A DNA stretch of 34,197 bases from Methylococcales bacterium (GTDB lineage: Bacteria > Pseudomonadota > Gammaproteobacteria > Methylococcales > UBA1147), in contig JBGTCG010000091.1 in NCBI GenBank assembly GCA_041748915.1, positions 1 to 34,197 on the forward strand, in the 5' to 3' direction. Below, piece by piece: positions 26,696 to 34,197 of this stretch. The position numbers and the translations under genes are program-made. The notes beneath the pieces are model-generated. The model was not told the DNA's origin. It did no database searches and saw only the letters and a list, made by a program, of their open reading frames with translations. How positions within the stretch are numbered: position 1 is the first letter of the stretch; the number at the start of each line of letters is the position of its first letter.

Positions 26696-27552
26696 CACGG
26701 TCTCCTCAGCGATCGCTGCTTTCGGTAACAATGGTGTGACCTGAAAACCAGAATTCAATCAGATCACTTACGGCAATGTAGCATAAATATTCTAATCTCG
26801 TTACGCAATCAGCGTCTTTCCCCAAAATCCGCGATTAGATTTTGGAGAAGGTTGTCTATTGCCATTTTTGGACATTTTTTCAATATTGAATGAATTCCAG
26901 ATTACCCGCCGCGGGGGCGGTTGCGGTTGCGAAACTCTTCCCCCACGATCAAACCATTCTCCGCCGGGCAGGTTCAGCAAGCTCTGTAACTGTTTATCGG
27001 CCCGCAACAGCCGCAAGACCTCCAGCGAACGTCCACTGCCCGGCAGCGTCAACACCAACGATACCATTAGCCAACGGCTGGTAGCCCATCCGATTGGCGG
27101 GCCCGGGCGATTCCCGCTCGAAATGACTCGGCGCACCCATGGCGCGCAGGTCCTCACCGAACAATACCAGCCCAGCCTGCGCCGTCAACGTGTCTTGGGT
27201 TCCGTGTGATGATTCGATTCGCGCAAGAACGTTTTCCTTGACTTGGCAAATTAAACCCCAGTTAATAATTTACGGTAGTCGCAGCTATAATTACCAATCC
27301 CCGGCTGAAACAAATTCATGGATCGGCGGTCAGTTGTTCGGAAACGAACTAAAACGGTTCCGGCTCGGGACGAACCGGCATGCAATGAATGAGTGCAATT
27401 GAAAATGCAACGAACCCGAAAATCGCATTTTCCGGTTCCGCCAAGGACACATTCTTGGGGATTGGCTGCATGGCGACCGTCGAACGGCCGGAAAGGCCAA
27501 ATGTGAAAGCGTGATTGCGTAGTCATCGATCTGGCAACGTAAGCGATTTTGT

Positions 27553-28215
27553 TTGAGTGGAACTATGAGTTGTCTGAATGAATTTACTGCGCTGATATTC
27601 GATATGGACGGCGTCCTCTTTTTCTCCTCCGAGGCGCACGGCGAAGCTTACGACAGAACCTTCAAGGCCTATGGATACAATGGGCTACCGTATGCCGAGA
27701 TCGCCGGCGTACGAACCGATGATGCGTTCCGGCAGGTACTCTTGAACGAGGACGTGATCGAGTCGGACGCCCTGATTCAGGAACTCACGGTTACCAAACG
27801 CAGATGGGCGGGCTTGTTTCTGCGAGAATCGCCGCCGGTCGTGCCCAATTGCCGTTTTATCCTGGAGCAACTCGAAGAACGCTTTGTCTTGGGGCTCGCA
27901 AGCTCGGCCAGTAAGGCTACGGTTGATCTTTTTCTTGACGCGAGCGGAACCCGGAATCTTTTTCGATACGTGCTGAATGGCCAGGATGTCAAACATTCAA
28001 AACCGGCTCCCGAAATTTTTTTGACGGTGATGGAAAAACTGAATGTCGATCCGAAATCGGTGGCGATCGTCGAAGATTCGGTCGCCGGGGTTATCGCGGG
28101 CCAGAAATCCGGCGCGACCGTGATCGGCGTCAGGGGGACCGTCGAGGACGCGGTTCTTTTTGCGAACGGCGCAAAGTACGTCATCTCCGGAATCCGCGAT
28201 CTACTCGATCTGTGA
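27553..28215 (+). CDS. HAD-IA family hydrolase (beta-phosphoglucomutase/phosphatase-like)
   Basis: Motif I is FDMDGVL, motif II S/T, motif III K ... (HSKPAPEIF), motif IV (VEDSVAGVIAGQKSGA). Confidence 0.85.
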   Translation: MSGTMSCLNEFTALIFDMDGVLFFSSEAHGEAYDRTFKAYGYNGLPYAEIAGVRTDDAFRQVLLNEDVIESDALIQELTVTKRRWAGLFLRESPPVVPNCRFILEQLEERFVLGLASSASKATVDLFLDASGTRNLFRYVLNGQDVKHSKPAPEIFLTVMEKLNVDPKSVAIVEDSVAGVIAGQKSGATVIGVRGTVEDAVLFANGAKYVISGIRDLLDL

Positions 28216-28246
28216 TGCCGCTCAGGGCACCGGCCGCGATCCATTA

Positions 28247-28325
28247 GGCAACCCTGCCAATCGCATTGGCGGGGTTGCCGAGCGCTGAGAAATCCAGGAT
28301 GGATTTGTTCAGCGTTTCCTTGGCG
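28247..28325 (+). repeat. copy B of the ~80-bp structured intergenic repeat family (reference copy)
   Basis: GGCAACCCTGCC-AATCGCATT-GGCGGGGTTGCC hairpin, then GAGCGCTGAGAAATCCAGG-A-TGGATTT hairpin, then GTTCAGCGTTTCCTTGGCG. It lies between convergent genes, 32 bp after the HAD stop. Confidence 0.8.
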
Positions 28326-28354
28326 AAGCGGCCGCGCCAGGAATTTCTGGACTG

Positions 28355-29011
28355 TCAACCAGGCCGCTGGGTACCGGTCCGCTCGGGAGCCTTGTGGTCT
28401 GAGATATAGTTCGCGATGCCCTCAGCGAGGTCGTAACTGAATTGATTCAAGCAATCGTTGATGCCCGACACCCTGTCGGTATAGCTGAGTCCCGAAATCC
28501 GGGTTTCGATTCTTGATCGAAAGCTCCGGCTCGACGCAGCGGATTTGACGTCCCGAATGGACCAATCGGCCCATAGAATGGCGCTCCGATCCTGGACGTC
28601 GAGCCGCTGGATCGAAATTTTGATCTGGTAGCGCACGCCCTCGGTATTTTTCCAGGGATACGATACCGTGTCATGACCTTCAAACAGCCGCGACAAATTT
28701 TCCTGCACCACCCGCACGAGATCGTGTTTTAACGGGCCGGCCCATTGATGCAAATCATTGATGCGGATTTTGTTGCGCCCAACCCTCGTAACCACCTGGG
28801 GACGGTCCAGATATTTAGGGATCGACACGGGTCCCACTCCGATTACGCCGGTATTTTCGGGTAAACGGATCGAGGCGGATGGGTTTGCATCGGGATTCAA
28901 GATATAAAACGTGGTCCGGACGGTAGTGCCGAGACATCCGGCCATCAGAAATGGCATCAATATCCATTGCAAATGGGTTCGAAAGCGCAGCGGTAAATAA
29001 GGGCACGGCAT
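28355..29011 (-). CDS. PqiC/YmbA-like ABC-transport auxiliary lipoprotein (DUF330-type)
   Basis: Signal plus lipobox MPCPYLPLRFRTHLQWILMPFLMAGC, then a YxL..P motif region (TFYILNPD) and the LHQWAGPL block typical of PqiC. The ORF track extends to 29263 but that would place ~84 aa before the signal peptide. No pqiA/pqiB is adjacent. Confidence 0.65.
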   Translation of the reverse strand: MPCPYLPLRFRTHLQWILMPFLMAGCLGTTVRTTFYILNPDANPSASIRLPENTGVIGVGPVSIPKYLDRPQVVTRVGRNKIRINDLHQWAGPLKHDLVRVVQENLSRLFEGHDTVSYPWKNTEGVRYQIKISIQRLDVQDRSAILWADWSIRDVKSAASSRSFRSRIETRISGLSYTDRVSGINDCLNQFSYDLAEGIANYISDHKAPERTGTQRPG

Positions 29012-29516
29012 TGGTCTGGTCTTTAATAATTGTTCGAGGAATGGAACGGATTGCAAGGTTTGTGGGAACCGAACCGGTAATTTTCCCGGGTATGACGCGG
29101 ACTGAACGGCGGGGTGGAAGTTTACCCTTCGGTCGCCGCGACAGGCCGTGATCCTCCGAGTCCGTGAAGGCAATTCCCATTCGACTTCCGCAATCGCCCG
29201 CGTAAATATCCCGTTGTGATTTTCTTCGAACAACGGCCAGTGTACTTTCGCGTTTTGGTCCACGGCTCCCGATCGAAGTCCACGTGTCGCGGTTCGATTC
29301 GCGAATCTTTCATGAACGTTGATCGATCCGGACTTTTATGAAGATGAATCGGCACAGTCTGGCGTGCAATAATACCTGCCCGCACCGGGCAATGATAGGG
29401 TTCCTTATCGCATTTCAACCCGGCCATGGGGTTGATCTATTTTCTTCTGTTGAACCCAGGCCAGGAACGACGGACGTTAAACAATCGATCGCAACGGCTC
29501 GCGTGGAGTGAACGTT

Positions 29517-29780
29517 ATGAAGAAGCTGAAAAACGAAGCAGGATTGCTGAAAGAAGCGATTCGAGTCGGAATGATTTATGCCGAGAAACGCGGTGCGGTC
29601 AAGTTTAACGACACCGATTCGGCCGGCGGCAAGGTCGAATACCTGTATCGCCTGCTGATTCATGACAAACTGATTCAGCCATTGGCAAGGGATCAGGAAA
29701 ATGAGCCGAATATGAAACACAAACTGGCCTTATGGATTTCGCGTCAATTAGCCCCCGATCACCCATTACTGAAGGATTGA
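29517..29780 (+). CDS. hypothetical small protein (87 aa) immediately upstream of tusE/dsrC
   Basis: GGAG RBS, and a 19-bp gap to the next gene suggests co-transcription. No family recognised. Confidence 0.5.
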   Translation: MKKLKNEAGLLKEAIRVGMIYAEKRGAVKFNDTDSAGGKVEYLYRLLIHDKLIQPLARDQENEPNMKHKLALWISRQLAPDHPLLKD

Positions 29781-29799
29781 CCGCTTTGGTTCGAGAACG

Positions 29800-30135
29800 A
29801 TGTCTGCGATCGATGTAAACGGAAAGCGCTACGAAATAACCGAGGCGGGATTTCTGGTTGAGCGTGAAGCCTGGACCGAACAGGTTGGAATCGCGCTGGC
29901 TGCTGCGGCCGGTATAGAGCCTACGGATGCGCACTGGGAAATCATCCATTTCATTCGGGATTATTATCAACGTTTCAATCACCTGCCCAACAACCGGGTG
30001 TTCGTCACGGCAGTCCGGAAAAAGTTCGGCGACGATAAGGGTAACAGCCGATACCTTTACGGCCTGTTTCCTGAAGGGCCCCTCAAGTTTGCGTGCCGGA
30101 TCGGTGGTTTGCCGAAACCGACGAGTTGCATTTGA
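29800..30135 (+). CDS. tusE: TusE/DsrC family sulfur-relay protein
   Basis: Collinear with E. coli TusE as recalled (HWEIIHFIRDYY, GNSRYLYGLFPEGP, C-terminal GGLPKPTSCI with the conserved penultimate Cys). There is no dsrAB context, so TusE-like rather than DsrC sensu stricto. Confidence 0.86.
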   Translation: MSAIDVNGKRYEITEAGFLVEREAWTEQVGIALAAAAGIEPTDAHWEIIHFIRDYYQRFNHLPNNRVFVTAVRKKFGDDKGNSRYLYGLFPEGPLKFACRIGGLPKPTSCI

Positions 30136-30144
30136 AATCCGTCT

Positions 30145-30531
30145 TTATTGCCTTTTGAACCGATGAATCAGCCGGCGTTGCTTTTTGTTCGGACGCGTTT
30201 CCGGCTGATTCGAGAATTCCTCTCCGGCTTTTCGCTGCTCAATCAGAGCCTGGCGTCGTGCATGGCTTTCAGGCGATTCCTCATACAACAAGCCGGCTTC
30301 GCTGGCCGGTTTGCGTTGTTGCGACAAGCCCGTGACGGTCAGCTCCCACCGGTACGGGCCTTTCGTAACGGAAACACAATTACCGATTTTGACGTCCTTT
30401 CCGGGTTTGCTTCGCTGGCCGTTCAAATGCACTTTTCCGCCGGAGATCGCTTCAGTCGCGAGCTTCCGGGTTTTAAAAAATCGCGCGGCCCAAAGCCATT
30501 TATCGAGTCTTTGGCTGCTCGAAGCTTCCAT
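30145..30531 (-). CDS. hslR: heat shock protein 15 (ribosome-associated S4-domain protein HslR)
   Basis: N-terminal RLDKWLWAARFFKTRKLATEAISGGKVHLNGQR matches the Hsp15 S4 domain. Basic C-terminal tail. Confidence 0.86.
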   Translation of the reverse strand: MEASSSQRLDKWLWAARFFKTRKLATEAISGGKVHLNGQRSKPGKDVKIGNCVSVTKGPYRWELTVTGLSQQRKPASEAGLLYEESPESHARRQALIEQRKAGEEFSNQPETRPNKKQRRLIHRFKRQ

Positions 30532-30690
30532 AAATGTTTTTTAAAAAGGAGTTCAATGTCGAATTCTGACCCGATTGCCGGACAATCGTATTATGATCCG
30601 TCACCTTTAGGGAAGATTTGTTAAATCACGGTTTCCCGCAGCGAACGGATTCGCCGTCAAAATCTACGCTTTCAGCATTTGATTTTATAA

Positions 30691-30774
30691 GGCAACGCCG
30701 AATCGCATTAGGGTGGCCTGCCGCTGAGAAATACGCGATGCATTTATTCAGTGTTTCCTTGGCGCGCGGCCAAC
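30691..30774 (+). repeat. copy C of the ~80-bp structured intergenic repeat family
   Basis: GGCAACGCCG-AATCGCATT-AGGGTGGCCTGCC, then GCTGAGAAATACGCGATGCATTT (second hairpin with compensatory ACG/TGC versus CCAG/CTGG), then ATTCAGTGTTTCCTTGGCG. Lies in the divergent hslR/rraA intergenic region. Confidence 0.75.
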
Positions 30775-30929
30775 GCAACGGAATACTTTTCAGGCGCGAA
30801 TTTATTGGTCCCTCCAAAAAAAAAACGAATCCGCTGCCCGCGGCTTCCGAAAATAGACTTTGTTGAACCGGCAATCCGCATTAAACTATCTTTTCCAGTT
30901 GAATTGTAAAGAACTCACGGACAATGTGA

Positions 30930-31415
30930 ATGAGTTTTAAAACCGCCGATTTATGTGATGCCTATGCGGGGAAGACGCAGGTCCAGATCGCCGAGCCGAT
31001 TTTTCAGATCTATGGCGGAAACCCCGCGTTTTACGGGCAGATCACTACGCTCAAGGTATTCGAGGATAACACTATGGTCAAAACCGTCCTCGAAACCCGC
31101 GTCCAAAACCGTGTCCTGGTGATCGATGGCGGCGGCTCGCATCGTTGCGCCCTGTTCGGCGATAACCTCGCAAGGCTCGCGGTCGACAACGGATGGAACG
31201 GAGTGGTGGTTTATGGTTGTATCCGGGACTCCGCCGATATCAACGAAATGCCGATCGGCATCCGCGCCTTGCATACCCATCCGTTGAAAAGCCGGAAACG
31301 CGGAATCGGAGAACAGGATATCCTGGTGACTTTCGCGGGCGTCAATTTCAAGACCGATCATTCTATTTATGTCGATCAGGATGGAATCATTGTCGCGGCG
31401 GAACCCTTGACCTGA
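30930..31415 (+). CDS. rraA: RraA family protein (regulator of RNase E activity A / MenG-like)
   Basis: 161 aa; DLCDAY, VLVIDGGGS, and the GDNLA...NGW.G.V..G..RD block are characteristic of RraA. Confidence 0.85.
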   Translation: MSFKTADLCDAYAGKTQVQIAEPIFQIYGGNPAFYGQITTLKVFEDNTMVKTVLETRVQNRVLVIDGGGSHRCALFGDNLARLAVDNGWNGVVVYGCIRDSADINEMPIGIRALHTHPLKSRKRGIGEQDILVTFAGVNFKTDHSIYVDQDGIIVAAEPLT

Positions 31416-31419
31416 TCCA

Positions 31420-31974
31420 ATGGGCAAACGGCTATCCAGGATCTATACCCGTACCGGCGATGACGGAACGACCGGCTTGGGCGATGGAAGCCGCGTCGGC
31501 AAGGATCATATTCGGATCGAAACCTACGGAACGCTCGACGAACTCAACAGCCAACTGGGGCTGGTTCTCACCTTCGACCTTCCCGCGGAGATCAATTTGG
31601 TGTTGACCGAGGTTCAGCATCGGTTGTTTGATCTCGGCGGCGAGTTATGCATTCCCGGGACCCGGATGACCGAACAGGCGCACATCAACTGGCTGGAAAA
31701 TTCACTCGACCGGCTCAATGCCAGCCTGCCTTCCCTGAAGGAATTCGTGCTTCCGGGCGGCAACGAATCCGCGGCCCACTGCCATATCGCGAGGACCGTA
31801 TGCCGTCGCTGTGAACGAATTGCGGTTACTTTATCCAGGCAAAGCACCGTTAATCCGTTGAGCCTCATTTTTCTGAACCGGCTCTCGGACCTGTTGTTCG
31901 TGATCGCGCGGGTTCTGGCCAGAAACGACGGCGGCCAGGAAGTTCTCTGGAACAGAAACAAATCCCCTGTTTGA
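31420..31974 (+). CDS. cob(I)yrinic acid a,c-diamide adenosyltransferase, PduO type (ATP:cob(I)alamin adenosyltransferase)
   Basis: N-terminus RIYTRTGDDGTTGL (consensus KIYTKTGDKGTTSL) and the characteristic helical bundle. 4 nt after the rraA stop. Confidence 0.86.
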   Translation: MGKRLSRIYTRTGDDGTTGLGDGSRVGKDHIRIETYGTLDELNSQLGLVLTFDLPAEINLVLTEVQHRLFDLGGELCIPGTRMTEQAHINWLENSLDRLNASLPSLKEFVLPGGNESAAHCHIARTVCRRCERIAVTLSRQSTVNPLSLIFLNRLSDLLFVIARVLARNDGGQEVLWNRNKSPV

Positions 31975-32127
31975 TTGTTCGCGACACTCTCACCTCGCGA
32001 AGCAATTGCCCGTAATCGATCGCATCGACCGGCAGCACGCGGTTTGAACGCGGACGTCAATGCCACCGAAACATGAAGAACCACTTTGATCGCCTGGGAC
32101 CTCTGAGGAGACCAGGGAGTTAAAGAG

Positions 32128-33171
32128 ATGGCGGGCCTGCTGCCGGGGTTTTCAGGATTTCGGCGCGCCGCAATCGTCAATGCACTGCGGAGTTATTATT
32201 GGTTCGCCGTTTCAATCGCGATGGCAATCGCTGCGAAAATACTTCGCGTGGTAAGGCCATACGAAACTTCGAGACACAACGATTGCAGGAGACCCGCAAC
32301 CGTCGAGGAAACCCGGTACTGGCTATGGAACATGCTAAAGAGGCATCATTTCTCCATCCGGGAAGTTTCCCTGGCGACCGGGTTTTCGGATTCCGAAGTC
32401 CGTTCGATGGCCGATGACCCGCACGCCTCCCGTGAATTCTGTTCAACTGCAGGGAACGATGCGGTGCTTTCCATACTCCCCTATCCCGGCGGCCGCCACC
32501 CGCGTAACGGATTCCGCGACGGCGCGCTGTTTCCGCAGCGCGAAACCAAGGTGAGTCTATTTGCGCCCCGGGATTCGAATGGTTATGTTGTGGCGGATAT
32601 TCCGGAGGCGATTCTCTCCGGGCTCGGTCCGATCTATCTGGCCCACACCCACGTAGCGACGGTATGGGACGAACGAGGCATTTGTCTCGAACCATTGGAA
32701 TGGCATCGGCAAACGCCGGATTCGTTATCAATCCGGCGCCAATTGCCGGATGGTATTGAATTCGGAGTCAGCGTAACCGCTTATTCGCGGTCGGCGGTAT
32801 TCCGGTTCTGGCTGATAAACCAGGGGTCCAGACCTTTAACCCGCTTGAGGGTGCAAAATTGCCTGCTTTTGGGGCGCCTGCCCGGATTCGATGGCCAGAC
32901 CAATCGCAACAAGATCTTTCGATCACCGTACGTTGCATGCCGGTCCAAACCAGGGGATCGATGGATAATCGCAGCCTCGCGGCCGTGCTGGCGGGTTTGG
33001 GCGAACCCGCTTTGTCCCTGTATTCATTCGGATGCCGGGCTTGCCGATTGCGGGCCGGGCGAGAGGCGTGAATTTGCGCTTCGCGTCGCATATTACTATG
33101 GCAAGGACATTTACGCCGAATTTCGAAGGCTCGACGCGGCTGATCGCGGATTGGGGGGAAATCTGCTTTAA
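32128..33171 (+). CDS. hypothetical protein (347 aa), GC-rich, Arg/Trp-rich, no recognised domain
   Basis: Long ORF with GGGAG 9 nt upstream of the ATG. Overlapping antisense ORFs look like GC-driven artefacts. Confidence 0.5.
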   Translation: MAGLLPGFSGFRRAAIVNALRSYYWFAVSIAMAIAAKILRVVRPYETSRHNDCRRPATVEETRYWLWNMLKRHHFSIREVSLATGFSDSEVRSMADDPHASREFCSTAGNDAVLSILPYPGGRHPRNGFRDGALFPQRETKVSLFAPRDSNGYVVADIPEAILSGLGPIYLAHTHVATVWDERGICLEPLEWHRQTPDSLSIRRQLPDGIEFGVSVTAYSRSAVFRFWLINQGSRPLTRLRVQNCLLLGRLPGFDGQTNRNKIFRSPYVACRSKPGDRWIIAASRPCWRVWANPLCPCIHSDAGLADCGPGERREFALRVAYYYGKDIYAEFRRLDAADRGLGGNLL

Positions 33172-33174
33172 GCC

Positions 33175-33205
33175 AATGCTTCGCCGGCAGCACCGGCGAA
33201 GCATT
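33175..33205. terminator. perfect 13-bp-stem hairpin (AATGCTTCGCCGG-CAGCA-CCGGCGAAGCATT) between convergent genes; candidate bidirectional terminator
   Basis: Begins 4 nt after the stop of the 347-aa ORF. No U-tract on either side. Confidence 0.4.
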
Positions 33206-33304
33206 GAGTCTGTGAGTCAAACTTACCTATTCGCCAAGGCCGCAACGATCTGAATGATAATGATGTCGCTGAAACTCGAATTCACGGGGCCTCGTGCGTT
33301 TGAA

Positions 33305-33673
33305 TTACAACTTTTTCAAGGCCGTTAAGCCTTTTTCGATCATCTCGGCGCCCGCTTCGTGGTCGCCTTTTTTGGCTTTCGTTCCGCCCACCCGGATTTT
33401 AGACGTTGCGCCTTCAATAGTCGGCCCCCAGGCTTCGCTATTAATTTCGACCAATTCCTTCACCGCCGCCTTCGCGTGTTCGTCAGCCGCCTTGCCATCG
33501 CCCGCTTTCGCAGCCGCGAGAGCCGCTTCCGTATGCTGCACTCCCGAGGCTAACAATTTTTGATTATCTTCAGGAGTAGGGGTCTTGTATTCTCCTTCCA
33601 GTGCTAACGCGCTGCCCCAAATTCCGAACAGCACTACCAGAATCGCAGTGAACAGACTTTTTTTAGGTGACAT
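33305..33673 (-). CDS. small secreted Ala/Lys/Glu-rich helical protein; possibly SmbP-like periplasmic metal-binding protein
   Basis: Signal peptide MSPKKSLFTAILVVLFGIWGSALA. Repeats of the form H.E.A...A(K/H)A...A resemble the SmbP repeat architecture but with few His. GGAGAA RBS. Confidence 0.6.
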   Translation of the reverse strand: MSPKKSLFTAILVVLFGIWGSALALEGEYKTPTPEDNQKLLASGVQHTEAALAAAKAGDGKAADEHAKAAVKELVEINSEAWGPTIEGATSKIRVGGTKAKKGDHEAGAEMIEKGLTALKKL

Positions 33674-34072
33674 TTAAGGTTCTCCGTTTTCGTTTAAAGT
33701 TTATAATAAAGCTTCTCCGGGAGTCATTTCAAATCCTTCAACTTGTGTTCTCCGTTCTCGGCAGCGGACGTACTGCTGCTGCGTAATCCCGTGACGGGTG
33801 CCATTCTATAAGCAATCCAACGAGATTGGCAATACGGTTTATGCGTGCGGTTGGTTGATCCGTAATTGAGTTGCCTGAGTTCGAAGCGCCAACATTGCAG
33901 ACAGACCCGTGGCCGTGGTGCGAACGAAAACAGTCGTTATTCTGGGTTCTGAAACGCAACCGGGCCTCTGGAAAGTATGTCCGCCAGACCTTTAAAAGGA
34001 CATAAATAAGCTCCTTTTCATAAATTAAGCTCCTTTTCATAGATTTAACGATTCTTCACAGGGCAATCGGGC

Positions 34073-34197
34073 TTAAATTCCGCCAATCACCCGAAGCAAA
34101 TAATCGTTGTTCCACCCGGCCTTCAAGCGTTTAGTCTTGACGCCGACTTTCGAGGATTTTTCCTTCTTGATCAGGTTGACAGCGATATGGCGGATTA
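34073..34197 (-). mobile_element. 3' end of an ISAs1-family transposase gene (5' part lies beyond the window)
   Basis: The minus-strand frame gives ...IRHIAVNLIKKEKSSKVGVKTKRLKAGWNNDYLLRVIGGI* with a stop at 34073-34075. The K.KR..A.W..DYLL tail is typical of ISAs1 / H-repeat-associated transposases, recalled from memory. Confidence 0.5.

Noticed and set aside
27400-27450. Possible fifth, very degenerate copy of the repeat family (AAAATCGCATTTT hairpin plus a CGCCAAGGA tail)
   Set aside because: Only the loop motif and a 9-mer match. The flanking arms do not align, so it was not counted as a copy.
29012-29263. N-terminal extension of the PqiC-like ORF back to the ATG at 29263
   Set aside because: It would place 84 residues in front of a canonical signal peptide and lipobox. 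The internal Met at 29011 gives a normal lipoprotein precursor.
29286-29300. GGTTCGATTC, a tRNA T-loop-like motif in the intergenic region upstream of the tusE-associated small ORF
   Set aside because: No acceptor stem complement, D-arm or anticodon arm can be built around it. I found no convincing tRNA anywhere in the window.
32177-33220. Long minus-strand ORFs (184 and 150 aa) overlapping the 347-aa hypothetical gene
   Set aside because: Extremely Arg-rich translations typical of antisense frames in GC-rich DNA. The plus-strand ORF has the RBS.
33738-34040. 100-aa minus-strand ORF beginning inside the 16-bp tandem repeat
   Set aside because: Low-complexity product with no RBS context beyond the repeat itself. 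More likely the terminus or junction region of the ISAs1-like element.
34005-34041. Tandem direct repeat TAAGCTCCTTTTCATA x2, considered as a possible CRISPR or tandem array
   Set aside because: Only two units with a 3-bp spacer. Not a CRISPR; it is reported as part of the IS-boundary finding instead.

Overview
This 34.2-kb window is most consistent with chromosomal DNA from a Gram-negative proteobacterium, probably a gammaproteobacterium. That assignment is inference from gene content: Tpx, TusE/DsrC, Hsp15, RraA, YejABEF-type transporter, several L-x-G-C lipoboxes. Overall GC is about 52-55%, with a few AT-rich islands. I can support about 38 protein-coding genes and saw no rRNA, tRNA or CRISPR array. 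Both edges of the window cut through IS transposase 3' ends: an ISAzo13-like fragment at 3..110 (+) and an ISAs1-like fragment at 34073..34197 (-). Gene order, left to right: a membrane-anchored hypothetical; SURF1; tpx; a minus-strand yejA-yejB-yejE-serB-yejF peptide-type ABC importer operon with serB embedded; a flotillin/SPFH protein; a plus-strand trio of class III nucleotidyl cyclase fused to FHA, DUF192 and DsbA-like thioredoxin; a CusRS-like two-component pair; fadD; an AT-rich island with a small ORF; a minus-strand group of GT14-like glycosyltransferase, lipoprotein, NodU/CmcH-type carbamoyltransferase and B12-binding radical SAM enzyme; an orphan phasin; a TOBE/Mop molbindin; a HAD phosphatase; a PqiC-like lipoprotein; tusE/dsrC; hslR; rraA; a PduO-type cobalamin adenosyltransferase; a GC-rich 347-aa hypothetical; and a small secreted helical protein. 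The most unusual non-coding signal is a previously unflagged ~80-bp structured repeat family present in four intergenic copies (2918-2996, 21872-21944, 28247-28325, 30691-30774). Its central hairpin keeps its pairing through compensatory changes. All protein assignments come from motif and family recognition by eye; no database search was possible.
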